64,000 nucleotides of DNA, taken from contig CBDCSU010000006.1 of the NCBI GenBank assembly GCA_965221775.1, positions 640,001-704,000 on the forward strand. Reading direction: 5' to 3'. Origin of the DNA: Candidatus Latescibacterota bacterium. GTDB taxonomy: Bacteria > Latescibacterota > UBA2968 > UBA8231. The position numbers and the translations under genes are program-made. Positions 49,925-59,680 of this stretch are shown piece by piece; within the stretch, counting starts at the first letter, position 1; every line of letters begins with the position of its first letter. Below the pieces are notes generated by a model. That model was not told the origin of the DNA. It saw only the letters and a list, made by a program, of their open reading frames with translations, and did not search any database.

Positions 49925-51154
49925 TCACCGCTGCAGGGTGGGCTCCGGCGCCGTCGCGAGCAGGCCCCGGTCCCGGATGACGGTGAGGGCTTCCTCCACG
50001 ACGCCCAGGGCCTCGTCCACGTCGGCGGGGGCGTGGGAGTAGCTGACGTAGAACAGGCTGTAGGGGATGACGCCGCGGCGCAGACACTCCCCCTCGAAGG
50101 CGAGCCGGGCCTCCGGTGACGGCAGGTCGAGGTGCCCCGCCGGCGGCAGGCCGCGGAAGCAGACATCCACTCCCAGGCGGCCGGCGATCTTCTCCAGGCC
50201 CGAGTGCAGTTGCCGGCCCCGCTCCCAGAGGACGCCGATCACGTCCTGCTTGTGGTATACGTCGAGGACGGCGCGCGCCGCCGCCAGGCCGAGGGTGTCG
50301 CCGCCGAAGGTGGAGGAGACGACCACGTCGGCGACGCTCTCCATCAGATCCCGCCGGCCGAGGTAGCAGGAGAGGGGCACGCCGTTGGAGAGGCCCTTGG
50401 CGAAGACCGCCAGGTCGGGGGTGACGCCGAAGTGCTCCTGGGCGCCGGCGCGGCACAGGCGGAAGCCGGTGACGATCTCGTCGAAGATGAGCAGGGCGCC
50501 GTGGCGCTCGGTGAGGGTTCTCAGGGCCGGCAGGAACTCGTGGCCGGCCTCGATGTCGGCGTAGCCGCAGGCGACGCTGACGGCGGCGACGCGGTCCCCG
50601 CCGAGCTCGTCGAAGGCGGCCTCGAAGGCGGCGGCCCGCCCCCAGGGCAGGTCGCGGTAGAGGCCGGTCATGGCCTCCGGCACTCCCGCCCGGCGCATCG
50701 AGTTGATCCAGCCGTGGTAGCCGCAGGCGAGGATGAGGTCGCGGCCGGTGCAGGCCCGCGCCAGGCGGTGGGCGGCGGCCATCGCCTCGCCCCCCGTCTT
50801 GAGGAAGCGGACGCTCTCGGCGCAGGGGATCACCTCCACCAGGCGCTCGGCGACCTCGACCTCCAGGGGGTGGGCGTAGCTGAAGACGCTGCCGTCGCCG
50901 ATCTGGCGGCGCACGGCCTCGACCACCGCCGGGTGGGCGTACCCGAGGCTGATGGGACCGAGGCCGCAGCGGAAGTCGATGTACTCGTTGCCGTCCACGT
51001 CCCACAGGCGGCAGCCGGCGCCGCGGGCGATGAAGCAGGGCTCGACCCCGCGCAGCGCCTCCCGCGGCGCCTTGCTGTGGGTCTGCGTCCCCAGGGGGAT
51101 GACCTTGGCGGCCTGGTCGTAAAGATCCCAGGAGGCGTCGACGGAGCGGCTCAT
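49925..51154 (-). CDS. Class III aminotransferase (glutamate-semialdehyde aminomutase-like)
   Basis: WDVDGNEYID, YHGW, LIFDEIVTGFR, PDLAVFAK. Confidence 0.9.
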   Translation of the reverse strand: MSRSVDASWDLYDQAAKVIPLGTQTHSKAPREALRGVEPCFIARGAGCRLWDVDGNEYIDFRCGLGPISLGYAHPAVVEAVRRQIGDGSVFSYAHPLEVEVAERLVEVIPCAESVRFLKTGGEAMAAAHRLARACTGRDLILACGYHGWINSMRRAGVPEAMTGLYRDLPWGRAAAFEAAFDELGGDRVAAVSVACGYADIEAGHEFLPALRTLTERHGALLIFDEIVTGFRLCRAGAQEHFGVTPDLAVFAKGLSNGVPLSCYLGRRDLMESVADVVVSSTFGGDTLGLAAARAVLDVYHKQDVIGVLWERGRQLHSGLEKIAGRLGVDVCFRGLPPAGHLDLPSPEARLAFEGECLRRGVIPYSLFYVSYSHAPADVDEALGVVEEALTVIRDRGLLATAPEPTLQR

Positions 51155-51250
51155 GGTCCGATAGAGTCGCCCACGGGCCGGCGCCGATCAAGCCGGGCCC
51201 GCTCTTCATCCTTGCTTTTTGAAAGCGTCGATTTAGATTTGCAAGGATAA

Positions 51251-52429
51251 ATGATCCCTCGCCGTGCAAATCGATCAACCAGGACCGCCCTGAATCGCCA
51301 GGCCGCGGTTGCCCTGATCGGGCCGCGGCAAGTCGGCAAGACCACCCTCGCCCATGCGGTGGCAGAGCAGACGGAGGCCCTCTACCTCGATCTGGAAGCC
51401 CGCGCCGACCAGGCCCGGCTCGCCGACCCGGCCCTGTTCCTCGCCGAGTACGAGGATCGCCTCGTCGTCCTCGACGAGATCCACCGTGTCCCCGAGCTGT
51501 TTCAGGAGTTGCGCGGCCTGATCGACCGGGGCCGGCGGCAGGGGAAGGGCACGGGCCGCTTCCTGATCCTCGGATCGGCCTCCGTGGACCTGCTCAGGCA
51601 GTCGGGGGAGAGCCTGGCCGGACGCATCGAGTACGTGCCGCTCAACCCGCTCGACGTGCTCGAGGTCACCGCGGCGACGGCGCCGATGGCGGCGCTCTGG
51701 GTGCGCGGCGGGTTTCCCGGCAGCCTGCTCGCGGCCAGCGATACCGACAGCCTCGCTTTCCGCCGCGATTTCATTCGCACCTACCTGCAGCGGGACGTCT
51801 CCGAGCTCACCCTGCGGCGGATACCGGCCGAGACGCTGGAGCGGCTGTGGACGATGCTGGCCCACGGACAGGGCGGACTCCTGAACGCGTCCAGGCTGGC
51901 GGCCAGCCTGGGGGTGAGCGGTCCGACGGTGACCGGGTACATCGATCTGCTGGTCGACCTGCTGCTGGTGCGCCGCCTGCGGCCCTTCCACGCCAACGTC
52001 CGCAAGCGGCTGGTCAAGTCTCCGAAGGTCTACGTCCGCGACAGCGGACTGGTCCACGCCCTGCTCGGCATCGAGGACCACAACGCCCTCGCCGGCCATC
52101 CCGTGGCCGGCGCCAGCTGGGAAGGGTTCGTCATCGAGAACCTGCTGGCCGCGGTACCGCCCGGAACGGCGGCGAGCTTCTATCGCACCCAGGCCGGAGC
52201 CGAGGTCGACCTGGTGCTCGAGCTGCCGGGCCGGGGCCGGCCCTGGGCCATCGAGATCAAGCTCGGCCTGACCCCCCGTCCGGGCCGCGGCTTCCACAAT
52301 GCCCGCGCCGATATCGAGCCGGAGCGGTCCTTCATCGTCTACTCGGGGGACGAGCGCTACCCGCTGTCAGCGGAGGTGGAGGCGATCGGCCTGCGGGAGA
52401 TGGCCGCGGTTCTCCAGGAGTCCGGCTAG
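51251..52429 (+). CDS. AAA_14 ATPase + DUF4143 protein
   Basis: GPRQVGKT, LDEI, LGSAS, ESLAGR, KSPKVY.RDSG, EVD..IEIK. Confidence 0.93.
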   Translation: MIPRRANRSTRTALNRQAAVALIGPRQVGKTTLAHAVAEQTEALYLDLEARADQARLADPALFLAEYEDRLVVLDEIHRVPELFQELRGLIDRGRRQGKGTGRFLILGSASVDLLRQSGESLAGRIEYVPLNPLDVLEVTAATAPMAALWVRGGFPGSLLAASDTDSLAFRRDFIRTYLQRDVSELTLRRIPAETLERLWTMLAHGQGGLLNASRLAASLGVSGPTVTGYIDLLVDLLLVRRLRPFHANVRKRLVKSPKVYVRDSGLVHALLGIEDHNALAGHPVAGASWEGFVIENLLAAVPPGTAASFYRTQAGAEVDLVLELPGRGRPWAIEIKLGLTPRPGRGFHNARADIEPERSFIVYSGDERYPLSAEVEAIGLREMAAVLQESG

Positions 52430-52440
52430 CGCCGCCGGCC

Positions 52441-54024
52441 ATGGCGGACACCACCTGCGACGGCATCATCCTCGGGGCCGGCCACAACGGCCTGATCCTG
52501 CAGGCGTACCTCTGCCGCGCCGGCCTGCACGTGATCTGCCTGGAGCGCAACGATGTCGCCGGCGGCGGGCTGCGCACCGAGGAGTGGCCGGCGGGCTCCG
52601 GGTTCCTGCACAACACCCACTCCTTCTACCACCGGGGCGTGACCCGCATGCCGTGGTACGCGGATCTCGAGCTGGAGCGCCGCGGCGCCCGCTACCTGGA
52701 GCCCGCCCTCAACGTGGCCCTGCTGCTGGCCGACGGGCGCTCCCTGGCCTGGTGGACCGACTTCGAGCGCACCGCCGAGTCCTTCGAGCGCTTCAGCCGC
52801 CGCGACGCCGAGGCCCTGCGCCGCTGGCGCGACGCCTTCCGGCCGGTGGTGACGCGGGTCCTGGAGCCCGAGGCGCAGTCACCCCCCCTGCCGCCCCGGG
52901 AGCGCCGGCGCCGCCTGGAGGCGACCGCCGAGGGCCGCCTGCTGCTGGAGACGAGCGCCCTCTCGCCGCGGGAGTTCGTGCTGCGCGAGTTCGAGAGCCC
53001 CGCGGTGCAGGCCGGCCTCCTGTTCTTCAACGGCCTGCGCGAGGTCGACCCCGGCGCCCGGGGCTTCGGCCACCACATCCCGGCGCTGCTGGCCGCCCGC
53101 GGCAAGGCGCAGATGTGCGCCGGCGGCTCGGCGCGGCTGGCGCAGGCCCTGGTGCGGGCGGTCACCGAGGCCGGCGGCGAGGTCCGCACCGGCGTCGAGC
53201 CGGCCCGCATCCTGGTGGAGCCGGCCGCCGGCGGCGGACCGGGACGTGCCGCCGGGGTCGTCACCGCCGCCGGAGAGCGGATCGCCGCCCGGCACTTCGT
53301 CGCCTCCAGCCTCAACCCGCAGCAGACCTTCCTCGACCTCATCGATCCCGCCCATCTGCCCGCCGCCTGGCGCGACCGGGCCGCCGCCTACCGCTACAAC
53401 CTGCTGGCCCCCCTCTTCGGCCTCTACCTCAACCTCGACGAGCCCCCGGCGTACTCGGCGGCCCTGACCGACCCAGAGCTGGCCGACGCCTTCATGGTCA
53501 TCCTCGGCCTGCGGTCGGTGGCCGACTTCGACGACATGGTCGCCGCCCACGAGCGGGGCCGGCTGCCGCCGATGGTGACCTGGGGGTCCTGCCCCACCCG
53601 GTTCGATCCCGCCCAGGCCCCGGACGGCGCCCACACCGCCTTCATGTGGCAGAAGACGCCCTTCCGGCTGCGCGGCCGTTCCGCCAACTGGGAGGTCGAG
53701 GCCGAGGCCCACGGCCGCCGGGTGCTCGAGGCCTGGTCCCGCTTCGCGCCGAACCTGCCCGACGCGGTGCGCGGGTCGATGGTCCGCCCCGTCCACGAGA
53801 TCCCCCGGCGGCTGCCGAACATGCGCGGCGGCGACCTGCTGGTGGGCTCCCTCGGCCACGGCCAGAGCGGCTACGACCGGCCCTTCCCCGGCGCCGGCCA
53901 CTACCGCGGGTACCTGGAGCACCTCTACCTGTGCGGCTCCTGCTGCCATCCTTCGGGCAACATCACCGGGCTGCCGGGGTACAACGCCTGGCAGGTGATC
54001 GCCGCCGACCTGGGCCTCGATTGA
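52441..54024 (+). CDS. Phytoene-desaturase-like FAD oxidoreductase
   Basis: ILGAGHNGL; LYLCGS..HP...I.G.PGYNA. Confidence 0.9.
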   Translation: MADTTCDGIILGAGHNGLILQAYLCRAGLHVICLERNDVAGGGLRTEEWPAGSGFLHNTHSFYHRGVTRMPWYADLELERRGARYLEPALNVALLLADGRSLAWWTDFERTAESFERFSRRDAEALRRWRDAFRPVVTRVLEPEAQSPPLPPRERRRRLEATAEGRLLLETSALSPREFVLREFESPAVQAGLLFFNGLREVDPGARGFGHHIPALLAARGKAQMCAGGSARLAQALVRAVTEAGGEVRTGVEPARILVEPAAGGGPGRAAGVVTAAGERIAARHFVASSLNPQQTFLDLIDPAHLPAAWRDRAAAYRYNLLAPLFGLYLNLDEPPAYSAALTDPELADAFMVILGLRSVADFDDMVAAHERGRLPPMVTWGSCPTRFDPAQAPDGAHTAFMWQKTPFRLRGRSANWEVEAEAHGRRVLEAWSRFAPNLPDAVRGSMVRPVHEIPRRLPNMRGGDLLVGSLGHGQSGYDRPFPGAGHYRGYLEHLYLCGSCCHPSGNITGLPGYNAWQVIAADLGLD

Positions 54025-54056
54025 CGGCCCCGCCGCCATCCGCCTAGGGTAGCGGC

Positions 54057-55049
54057 ATGGCCGCCCTGACCTGCGAGTCCCTCTCCAAGACCTACCGCGT
54101 CCCCGAGCGCGACCCCGGCCTGTGGAACGCGGCGCGCAGCCTGGTGCGGCGGCGCCACCGCGAGGTCGAGGCGGTGCGCGAGGTCTCCTTCTCCGTCGAG
54201 CCGGGGGAGATCGTCGGCTTCCTGGGGCCCAACGGCGCCGGCAAGACGACGGCCCTGAAGATGCTCTCCGGCCTGCTGAACCCGACCTCGGGGCGGGCCC
54301 GCGTCCTCGGCTTCGAGCCGTTCCGCCGGCAGCGCGAGTTCCTGCGCCAGATCACCCTGGTCATGGGCAACCGCAACCAGCTCGTGTGGGACCTGCCGGT
54401 GGCCGACTCCTTCGAGCGCAACCGCGCCATCTACCGGCTGGAGGCGGGCGACTTCCGCCGCACGGTGGACGAGCTGACGGAGCTGCTGGAGCTGGGCGAG
54501 CTGTTGCGCAAGCCGGTGCGCAACCTGTCCCTCGGCGAGCGCATGAAGTGCGAGATCGCCGTGGCCCTGCTGCACCGGCCGCGGGTCCTCTTCCTCGACG
54601 AGCCCACCCTCGGCCTCGACGTGACCATGCAGCGCCGCATCCGCGCCTTCGTGGCCGAGCACAACCGCGCCTCGGGGGCGACGGTGCTGCTCACCAGCCA
54701 CTACATGGCCGACGTGGAGGCCCTGTGCGAGCGGGTCGTCGTCATCCACCACGGGCAGCTGCTCTTCGACGGCGCCCTGTCGGAGCTGGTGCGGCGGTTC
54801 TCTCCCCACAAGACGATCGTCGTCGACCTGGAGCGCGAGGACCCCGGGCTGGCGGCCTTCGGCGACGACGTGCGCGTCGACGGCAGCCGGGCGACCCTGT
54901 CGGTGCCCAAGGCGGAGGCGGCCCAGGTGACGGCGCGGCTGCTGGCGGAGCTGCCCGTGGCCGACCTGACAGTGGCCGAGCCGCCCATCGAGGAGGTCAT
55001 CGAGCAGGTCTTCCGCCAACAGGCGGCAGCCCCGGGACCCGGCCCTTGA
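54057..55049 (+). CDS. ABC transporter ATP-binding protein
   Basis: GPNGAGKT, LSLGE, FLDEPT. Confidence 0.95.
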   Translation: MAALTCESLSKTYRVPERDPGLWNAARSLVRRRHREVEAVREVSFSVEPGEIVGFLGPNGAGKTTALKMLSGLLNPTSGRARVLGFEPFRRQREFLRQITLVMGNRNQLVWDLPVADSFERNRAIYRLEAGDFRRTVDELTELLELGELLRKPVRNLSLGERMKCEIAVALLHRPRVLFLDEPTLGLDVTMQRRIRAFVAEHNRASGATVLLTSHYMADVEALCERVVVIHHGQLLFDGALSELVRRFSPHKTIVVDLEREDPGLAAFGDDVRVDGSRATLSVPKAEAAQVTARLLAELPVADLTVAEPPIEEVIEQVFRQQAAAPGPGP

Positions 55050-55852
55050 TCGCCGCCTTCGCCAACGTCTACCGGACCCTCTTCGGCCTCGAGCTGGCGG
55101 CGCTGTTCCAGTACCGCGGCGCCATGGTCATCTGGCTCCTGGGCCTGATGCTGCAGCCCCTGATCCATCTGGTGGTCTGGCTCACCGTGGCCGCCTCGAA
55201 GGGAGGCCGGGTGGGCGACTTCGACTCGGGCGCCCTGGCCGGCTACTTCCTCGCCGTGATGTTCGTCAACCACGTCACCTTCACCTGGCACATGTTCGAG
55301 ATGGGCTGGCGGGTGCGCTCCGGGTTCTACAACTCGATCCTCGTGCAGCCCCTGCACCCGTGGCACCGGGACGTGCTGCAGAACGCGGCCTACAAGTTCC
55401 TCACCCTCGCCGTGGTGGGGCCGGCGCTGACGCTGCTGGCCTGGTACTTCGAGCCCCGCCTCGACCCGCCCCTGTGGGCGGCGCTGGCTTTCGCGCCGGT
55501 CCTGGCCCTGGCCTTCCTGCTGCGCTTCCTCTTCGAGTGGGCCGTGGGGCTGCTCGCCTTCTGGATCACCGACACCTCGGGCCTGAACGCCCTCTACCTG
55601 GGACTCGGCATGGTCCTCATGGGCGGCCTGGCCCCCCTGTCCCTGCTGCCCGACTGGCTGGAGGCGGCGGCCTCGTACTCGCCCTTCCGCTGGATGCTCG
55701 CCTTCCCCGTGGAGCTGATCCTCGGCCGGCTGACCCCGGACCAGGCGCTGGACGGGGTCCTGGCCCAGGGCCTGTGGCTGGCCGCCGGCGCCGCCGTCAT
55801 CCACTTCGGCTGGAGCCGCGCCTCGGCCCGCTACGGCGCCGTGGGGAACTGA
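55046..55852 (+). CDS. ABC-2 family permease
   Basis: QYR motif; about six TM helices; TTG start overlaps the ATPase stop. Confidence 0.88.
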   Translation: MIAAFANVYRTLFGLELAALFQYRGAMVIWLLGLMLQPLIHLVVWLTVAASKGGRVGDFDSGALAGYFLAVMFVNHVTFTWHMFEMGWRVRSGFYNSILVQPLHPWHRDVLQNAAYKFLTLAVVGPALTLLAWYFEPRLDPPLWAALAFAPVLALAFLLRFLFEWAVGLLAFWITDTSGLNALYLGLGMVLMGGLAPLSLLPDWLEAAASYSPFRWMLAFPVELILGRLTPDQALDGVLAQGLWLAAGAAVIHFGWSRASARYGAVGN

Positions 55853-55854
55853 GG

Positions 55855-56643
55855 GTGCGGACCCCCCTGCGCCTGCTGGCCACGTTCTTCCGCCTCGGGG
55901 CGATGAACGAGCTGCAGTACCGCACCCACTTCTGGCTGCAGCTCGGGGGCACCGGGATCGACCTGGGCGCCGGCCTGTTCGCGGTCTACGTCGTCTACAG
56001 CCATACGGACCAGCTGAACGGCTGGCTGGCGGCCGAGCTGATCGCGCTGCTGGGGGTGTGGACCCTCATGGCGGGCCTGGTGGGCCTGGTGGTGCAGCCG
56101 AGCATGGAGCACCTCGTGGAGGACGTGCGCGAGGGCACCCTGGACTTCACCCTCACCAAGCCGGAGGAGGCCCAGGTGCTGGTCAGCATCGGCCAGGTGC
56201 GCGTCTGGCGGCTGGTGGATGTGGCCGTCGGCGCCGCCGTGATCGCCGGGGCCCTGGTCTACCTGGGGCGGCGGACGGGCCTCGAGGAGGCGGCGGCCTT
56301 CGCCCTGACCCTGTGCTCGGGGGGAGCGATCATCTACAGCTTCTGGCTCATGCTGTCGACGGTCTCCTTCTGGTTCGTCCGCGTCGGCAACATCCTCATG
56401 ATCTTCCGCAGCCTCTACCGGGCGGCCCGGTGGCCGGTGACCATCTACCCGGGGTGGATGCGGATGGTGCTCACCTTCGTCGTCCCCGTGGCCTTCGCCG
56501 TCACCGTGCCCGCCGGCGCCCTGGTGGGCCGCCTGCCGGGGGAGTGGCTCGCGGGCACCGTGGCCCTGGCCGCGGCGATGCTGGTCCTGTCGCGCCTGTT
56601 CTGGCGCGCCGGGCTGCGGCGCTACTCGGGGGCCTCTGCCTGA
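55855..56643 (+). CDS. ABC-2 family permease
   Basis: QYR, GTLDF.LTKP, C-terminal RRYSGAS. Confidence 0.88.
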   Translation: MRTPLRLLATFFRLGAMNELQYRTHFWLQLGGTGIDLGAGLFAVYVVYSHTDQLNGWLAAELIALLGVWTLMAGLVGLVVQPSMEHLVEDVREGTLDFTLTKPEEAQVLVSIGQVRVWRLVDVAVGAAVIAGALVYLGRRTGLEEAAAFALTLCSGGAIIYSFWLMLSTVSFWFVRVGNILMIFRSLYRAARWPVTIYPGWMRMVLTFVVPVAFAVTVPAGALVGRLPGEWLAGTVALAAAMLVLSRLFWRAGLRRYSGASA

Positions 56644-56722
56644 GGCGCCAGCGATAGAAGCGTTGTAAACTACCCCCTGTTTTGTACATTATACGTACGA
56701 AACAGGGGGCATTTGTATCGTC

Positions 56723-57783
56723 ATGCATAGATCGGCTGAGCGCGCTCTGACCTGCCGGTCGTCGCCGCGGGTTCCCTGCTCGAGTTCGTCCTCTCGCAAC
56801 ACGCCTTTCCCATGCCGGTGGGACGCATTCAGTACTTCCACCTGGGCCCCATGAGCTTCGAGGAGTTTCTCGCCGAACTCGACCCTGCCCTCCTGGCCAA
56901 TCTGCAGGACTCCACGCCCGAGAATCCCCTGCCCCATACCGCCCACACCCGCCTGTCGGCCTGTCAGCGGGAATACCTGCTGGTGGGAGGGATGCCCGAA
57001 GCCGTAGCCGCGTATGCCTCCACCCGCAGCTTCGCCGACGTGACGCCCGTGCATCAGTCCATCGTCGACACATACCAGGACGACTTTTCCAGGTACGCCT
57101 CGTCCCGGGTACTGCTGCGCCTGCAGCGAGTCTTCAACCATGTCCCCAGGTCCGTGGGCCGCAAAGTGAAGTACACGCAGATCAGCCGCGAGGAGACCGC
57201 CCGCGAACTACGGGCCTCCATCGACCTGCTGGCCAAGGCCCGGGTCATCGCGCCCGTCTTCCACAGCGCCTGTTCCGGGGACGCCGAGGTCGACTGGAAG
57301 ACCTACAAACTCCTCTTCCTGGACATCGGCCTGATGAACCGCATGTGCGGCCTGGACTGGCTGGCCCTGAAGGACCTCGACGACCGCCGGCTGGTCAATG
57401 AAGGATCCCTGGCCGAACAGTTCGTCGGGCAACACTTGCTCTACCTGGATGAGGGTTGGGAGACGCCCCGGCTGCACTACTGGCTGCGGGAAGGGAGGAG
57501 CGCCAACGCCGAAGTCGATTACGCGGTGGCCCGGGGGGCGCGGATCGTGCCGGTCGAAGTCAAGGCCGGCACCAGCGGCACCTTGCGATCCCTGCACCAG
57601 TTCGCCCTGGCCAAGGGGACGCGCCTCGCGGTGCGCTTCGACCTCAATCCGCCCACCCTTCAGTCCGTCCGGCACCAAGTGGGCGGAACCCGGCAGAGCG
57701 TGGAAATGACCCTGCTCTCGCTACCGCTCTACATGGTTGGACAACTGGGCCGCCTGCTGGACCGGCTCAGGCAGGAGTCATAG
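56723..57783 (+). pseudogene. AAA_14 + DUF4143 gene lacking the Walker A/B region
   Basis: Start MHRSAERAL shifts frame directly into VVAAGSLL..PVGR..PMSFEEFL; C-terminal EVD..PVEVK intact. Confidence 0.75.
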
Positions 57784-57790
57784 TCCGGAC

Positions 57791-58822
57791 ATGTCCCTGC
57801 ATGAGAGCGACCTCTGGGTCCACCGCCGCGGCGGCTACTTCGCCTACCGCATCCCGGCGCTGGTCACGACCACGGCGGCCACGGTCCTGGCCTTCTGCGA
57901 GGGCCGCCGCCACACCGGCCGCGACCACGACGAGATCGACATCCTCCTGCGCCGCAGCCGCGACGGCGGTCTCACCTGGGACCCGCCGCGCGTCGCCGTC
58001 AGCGACGGCAGCCACACCTGCGGCAACCCGTGCCCCATCGTCGACGGGACGACCGGCGTCGTGTGGCTCCTGTTCTGCAGGAACAACCAGGAAGTGTTTC
58101 TCACTCACAGCGGCGACGATGGCGAGAGCTGGGAGGAGCCGCAGGAGATCACGGCGACGACCAAGGATCCCTCCTGGGCCTTCGTCGGCACCGGCCCCTG
58201 CCACGGCATCCAGTTGGCGGGCGGCCGGCTGCTGGCGCCATGCTGGTGCGACGAGTCCCCCGGGCCGGTGCGCTGGCGGCCCCGGCCTTCGTGGGGGCAG
58301 ATCCAGTCTTCGTACGCCATCTACAGCGACGACCACGGCCGGAGCTGGACCCGCGGCGAGATGCTGACCCGCGACGCCTCGGACGAGTGCGCCGTGGTGG
58401 AGACGGCGGACGGCTCGGTCTACATGAACGCCCGCAGCCGCGGCGGGCGCTGCCAGCGTGCTGTGGCGTGGAGCGGGGACGGCGGACATTCCTGGAGCGA
58501 CGTTGGATACGACCCCGGACAGCCGGAGCCGTCCTGTCAGGGAAGCCTGGTGCGGCTGTCGAGGGCGGACGGGGCCGGCGGCGTGGGCCGGGTGCTGCTG
58601 GCCCATCCTTCGGACCCGCGGGAACGGCGGTGCCTCACCCTGCGGATGAGCCTGGACGAGTGCCGCAGCTGGCCGGTGTCACGGGTGATCACCGAGGGAC
58701 GGGCCGCTTACTCAGACCTGGCGGTGACACCCGACGGCGGGATACTCTGCCTCTACGAGGGAGAGCGGGGGCTGGTGCTGGCGCGGCTGGGGTGGAGTGG
58801 GGCGCCGGCGGAATGGAGTTAG
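57791..58822 (+). CDS. Exo-alpha-sialidase (GH33, BNR repeats)
   Basis: YRIP; Asp-boxes SRDGGLTW, SGDDGESW, SDDHGRSW; AYSDL. Confidence 0.92.
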   Translation: MSLHESDLWVHRRGGYFAYRIPALVTTTAATVLAFCEGRRHTGRDHDEIDILLRRSRDGGLTWDPPRVAVSDGSHTCGNPCPIVDGTTGVVWLLFCRNNQEVFLTHSGDDGESWEEPQEITATTKDPSWAFVGTGPCHGIQLAGGRLLAPCWCDESPGPVRWRPRPSWGQIQSSYAIYSDDHGRSWTRGEMLTRDASDECAVVETADGSVYMNARSRGGRCQRAVAWSGDGGHSWSDVGYDPGQPEPSCQGSLVRLSRADGAGGVGRVLLAHPSDPRERRCLTLRMSLDECRSWPVSRVITEGRAAYSDLAVTPDGGILCLYEGERGLVLARLGWSGAPAEWS

Positions 58823-58858
58823 ATTGACCTCCTGAACACACTCGAAAGAGTTCGAATC

Positions 58859-59332
58859 ATGGAGTTGGATCTTTGGAAAGCGATGAAGGAAGAGCTGAAG
58901 AAAACAACAGGTCTTGATTTTCAGGATGACGGATCCCGTTCGAAAACGTTAGACAACGCCGTGTCCAATCGCCACTCTCCCAACGCCAAGAACAAGTACC
59001 ACTATGGTATCATCTACCCGCTCTGTGGATATAGGACTCTGGAGTTGAGAGTACTCACGGGGCCTGAGCGCCTCTCCTATGGTGTCTCTGGCAGGGATCA
59101 TTCGAGAAAGTCGATGAGGGGTGAAAGGGAATACGAGTCAGTAAGGACGCTGCTCGAAAACCACCCAGACCTAGACGGTGATCCGCATCCCGCATGGCCG
59201 TACTTGAAACGTGCCAGCACGTTCCATGATGCCGCGATAGCTTCTCGGGAAGATGCGGACAGACTGGTAGAGGAAATCGCCAAGGGGATGAAGGCAATCT
59301 ACGGAGCTATTGCTTCCTCGCCCGGCGAGTGA
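58859..59332 (+). CDS. Hypothetical lower-GC protein or fragment
   Basis: AT-richer ORF with no motif recognised. Confidence 0.5.
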   Translation: MELDLWKAMKEELKKTTGLDFQDDGSRSKTLDNAVSNRHSPNAKNKYHYGIIYPLCGYRTLELRVLTGPERLSYGVSGRDHSRKSMRGEREYESVRTLLENHPDLDGDPHPAWPYLKRASTFHDAAIASREDADRLVEEIAKGMKAIYGAIASSPGE

Positions 59333-59403
59333 GCTTCCCTTGGGACCTTTGCCCGACCCACCGAACAGAAGGTGCAAACCCCCGTCCCGCAGAACCGAGG
59401 CAC

Positions 59404-59433
59404 TTGACAATCCTCCCCCGCCCTCCATACACT
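59404..59433 (+). promoter_or_regulatory. Sigma70 promoter of the B12 operon
   Basis: TTGACA-N18-TACACT directly before the riboswitch. Confidence 0.65.
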
Positions 59434-59451
59434 CGCCCCCCGACATAACGG

Positions 59452-59640
59452 CGCAGGTGTCCGCCGTCCTCCCCGGGCGGCGGAAGAATAGGGAAGGCAG
59501 TGAGAATCTGCCGCGGTCCCGCCACTGTGACCGGTAGACGGCGCAACCGCCGTCGCGTCCCCGGCATCAGCCACTGATCCCCACGCGGATCGGGAAGGAG
59601 CCGGGCGGCGCACACCGGAAAGCCAGGAGACCTGCCTGCG
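59452..59640 (+). ncRNA. Cobalamin riboswitch
   Basis: AATAGGGAA, CCCGCCACTGT, GCCACTG..GGGAAGG, B12 box AGCCAGGAGACCTGCC. Confidence 0.95.
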
Positions 59641-59680
59641 ACCGAGGTGAACGACTCCTTCGGTAGAAAGGTGGTCACCG

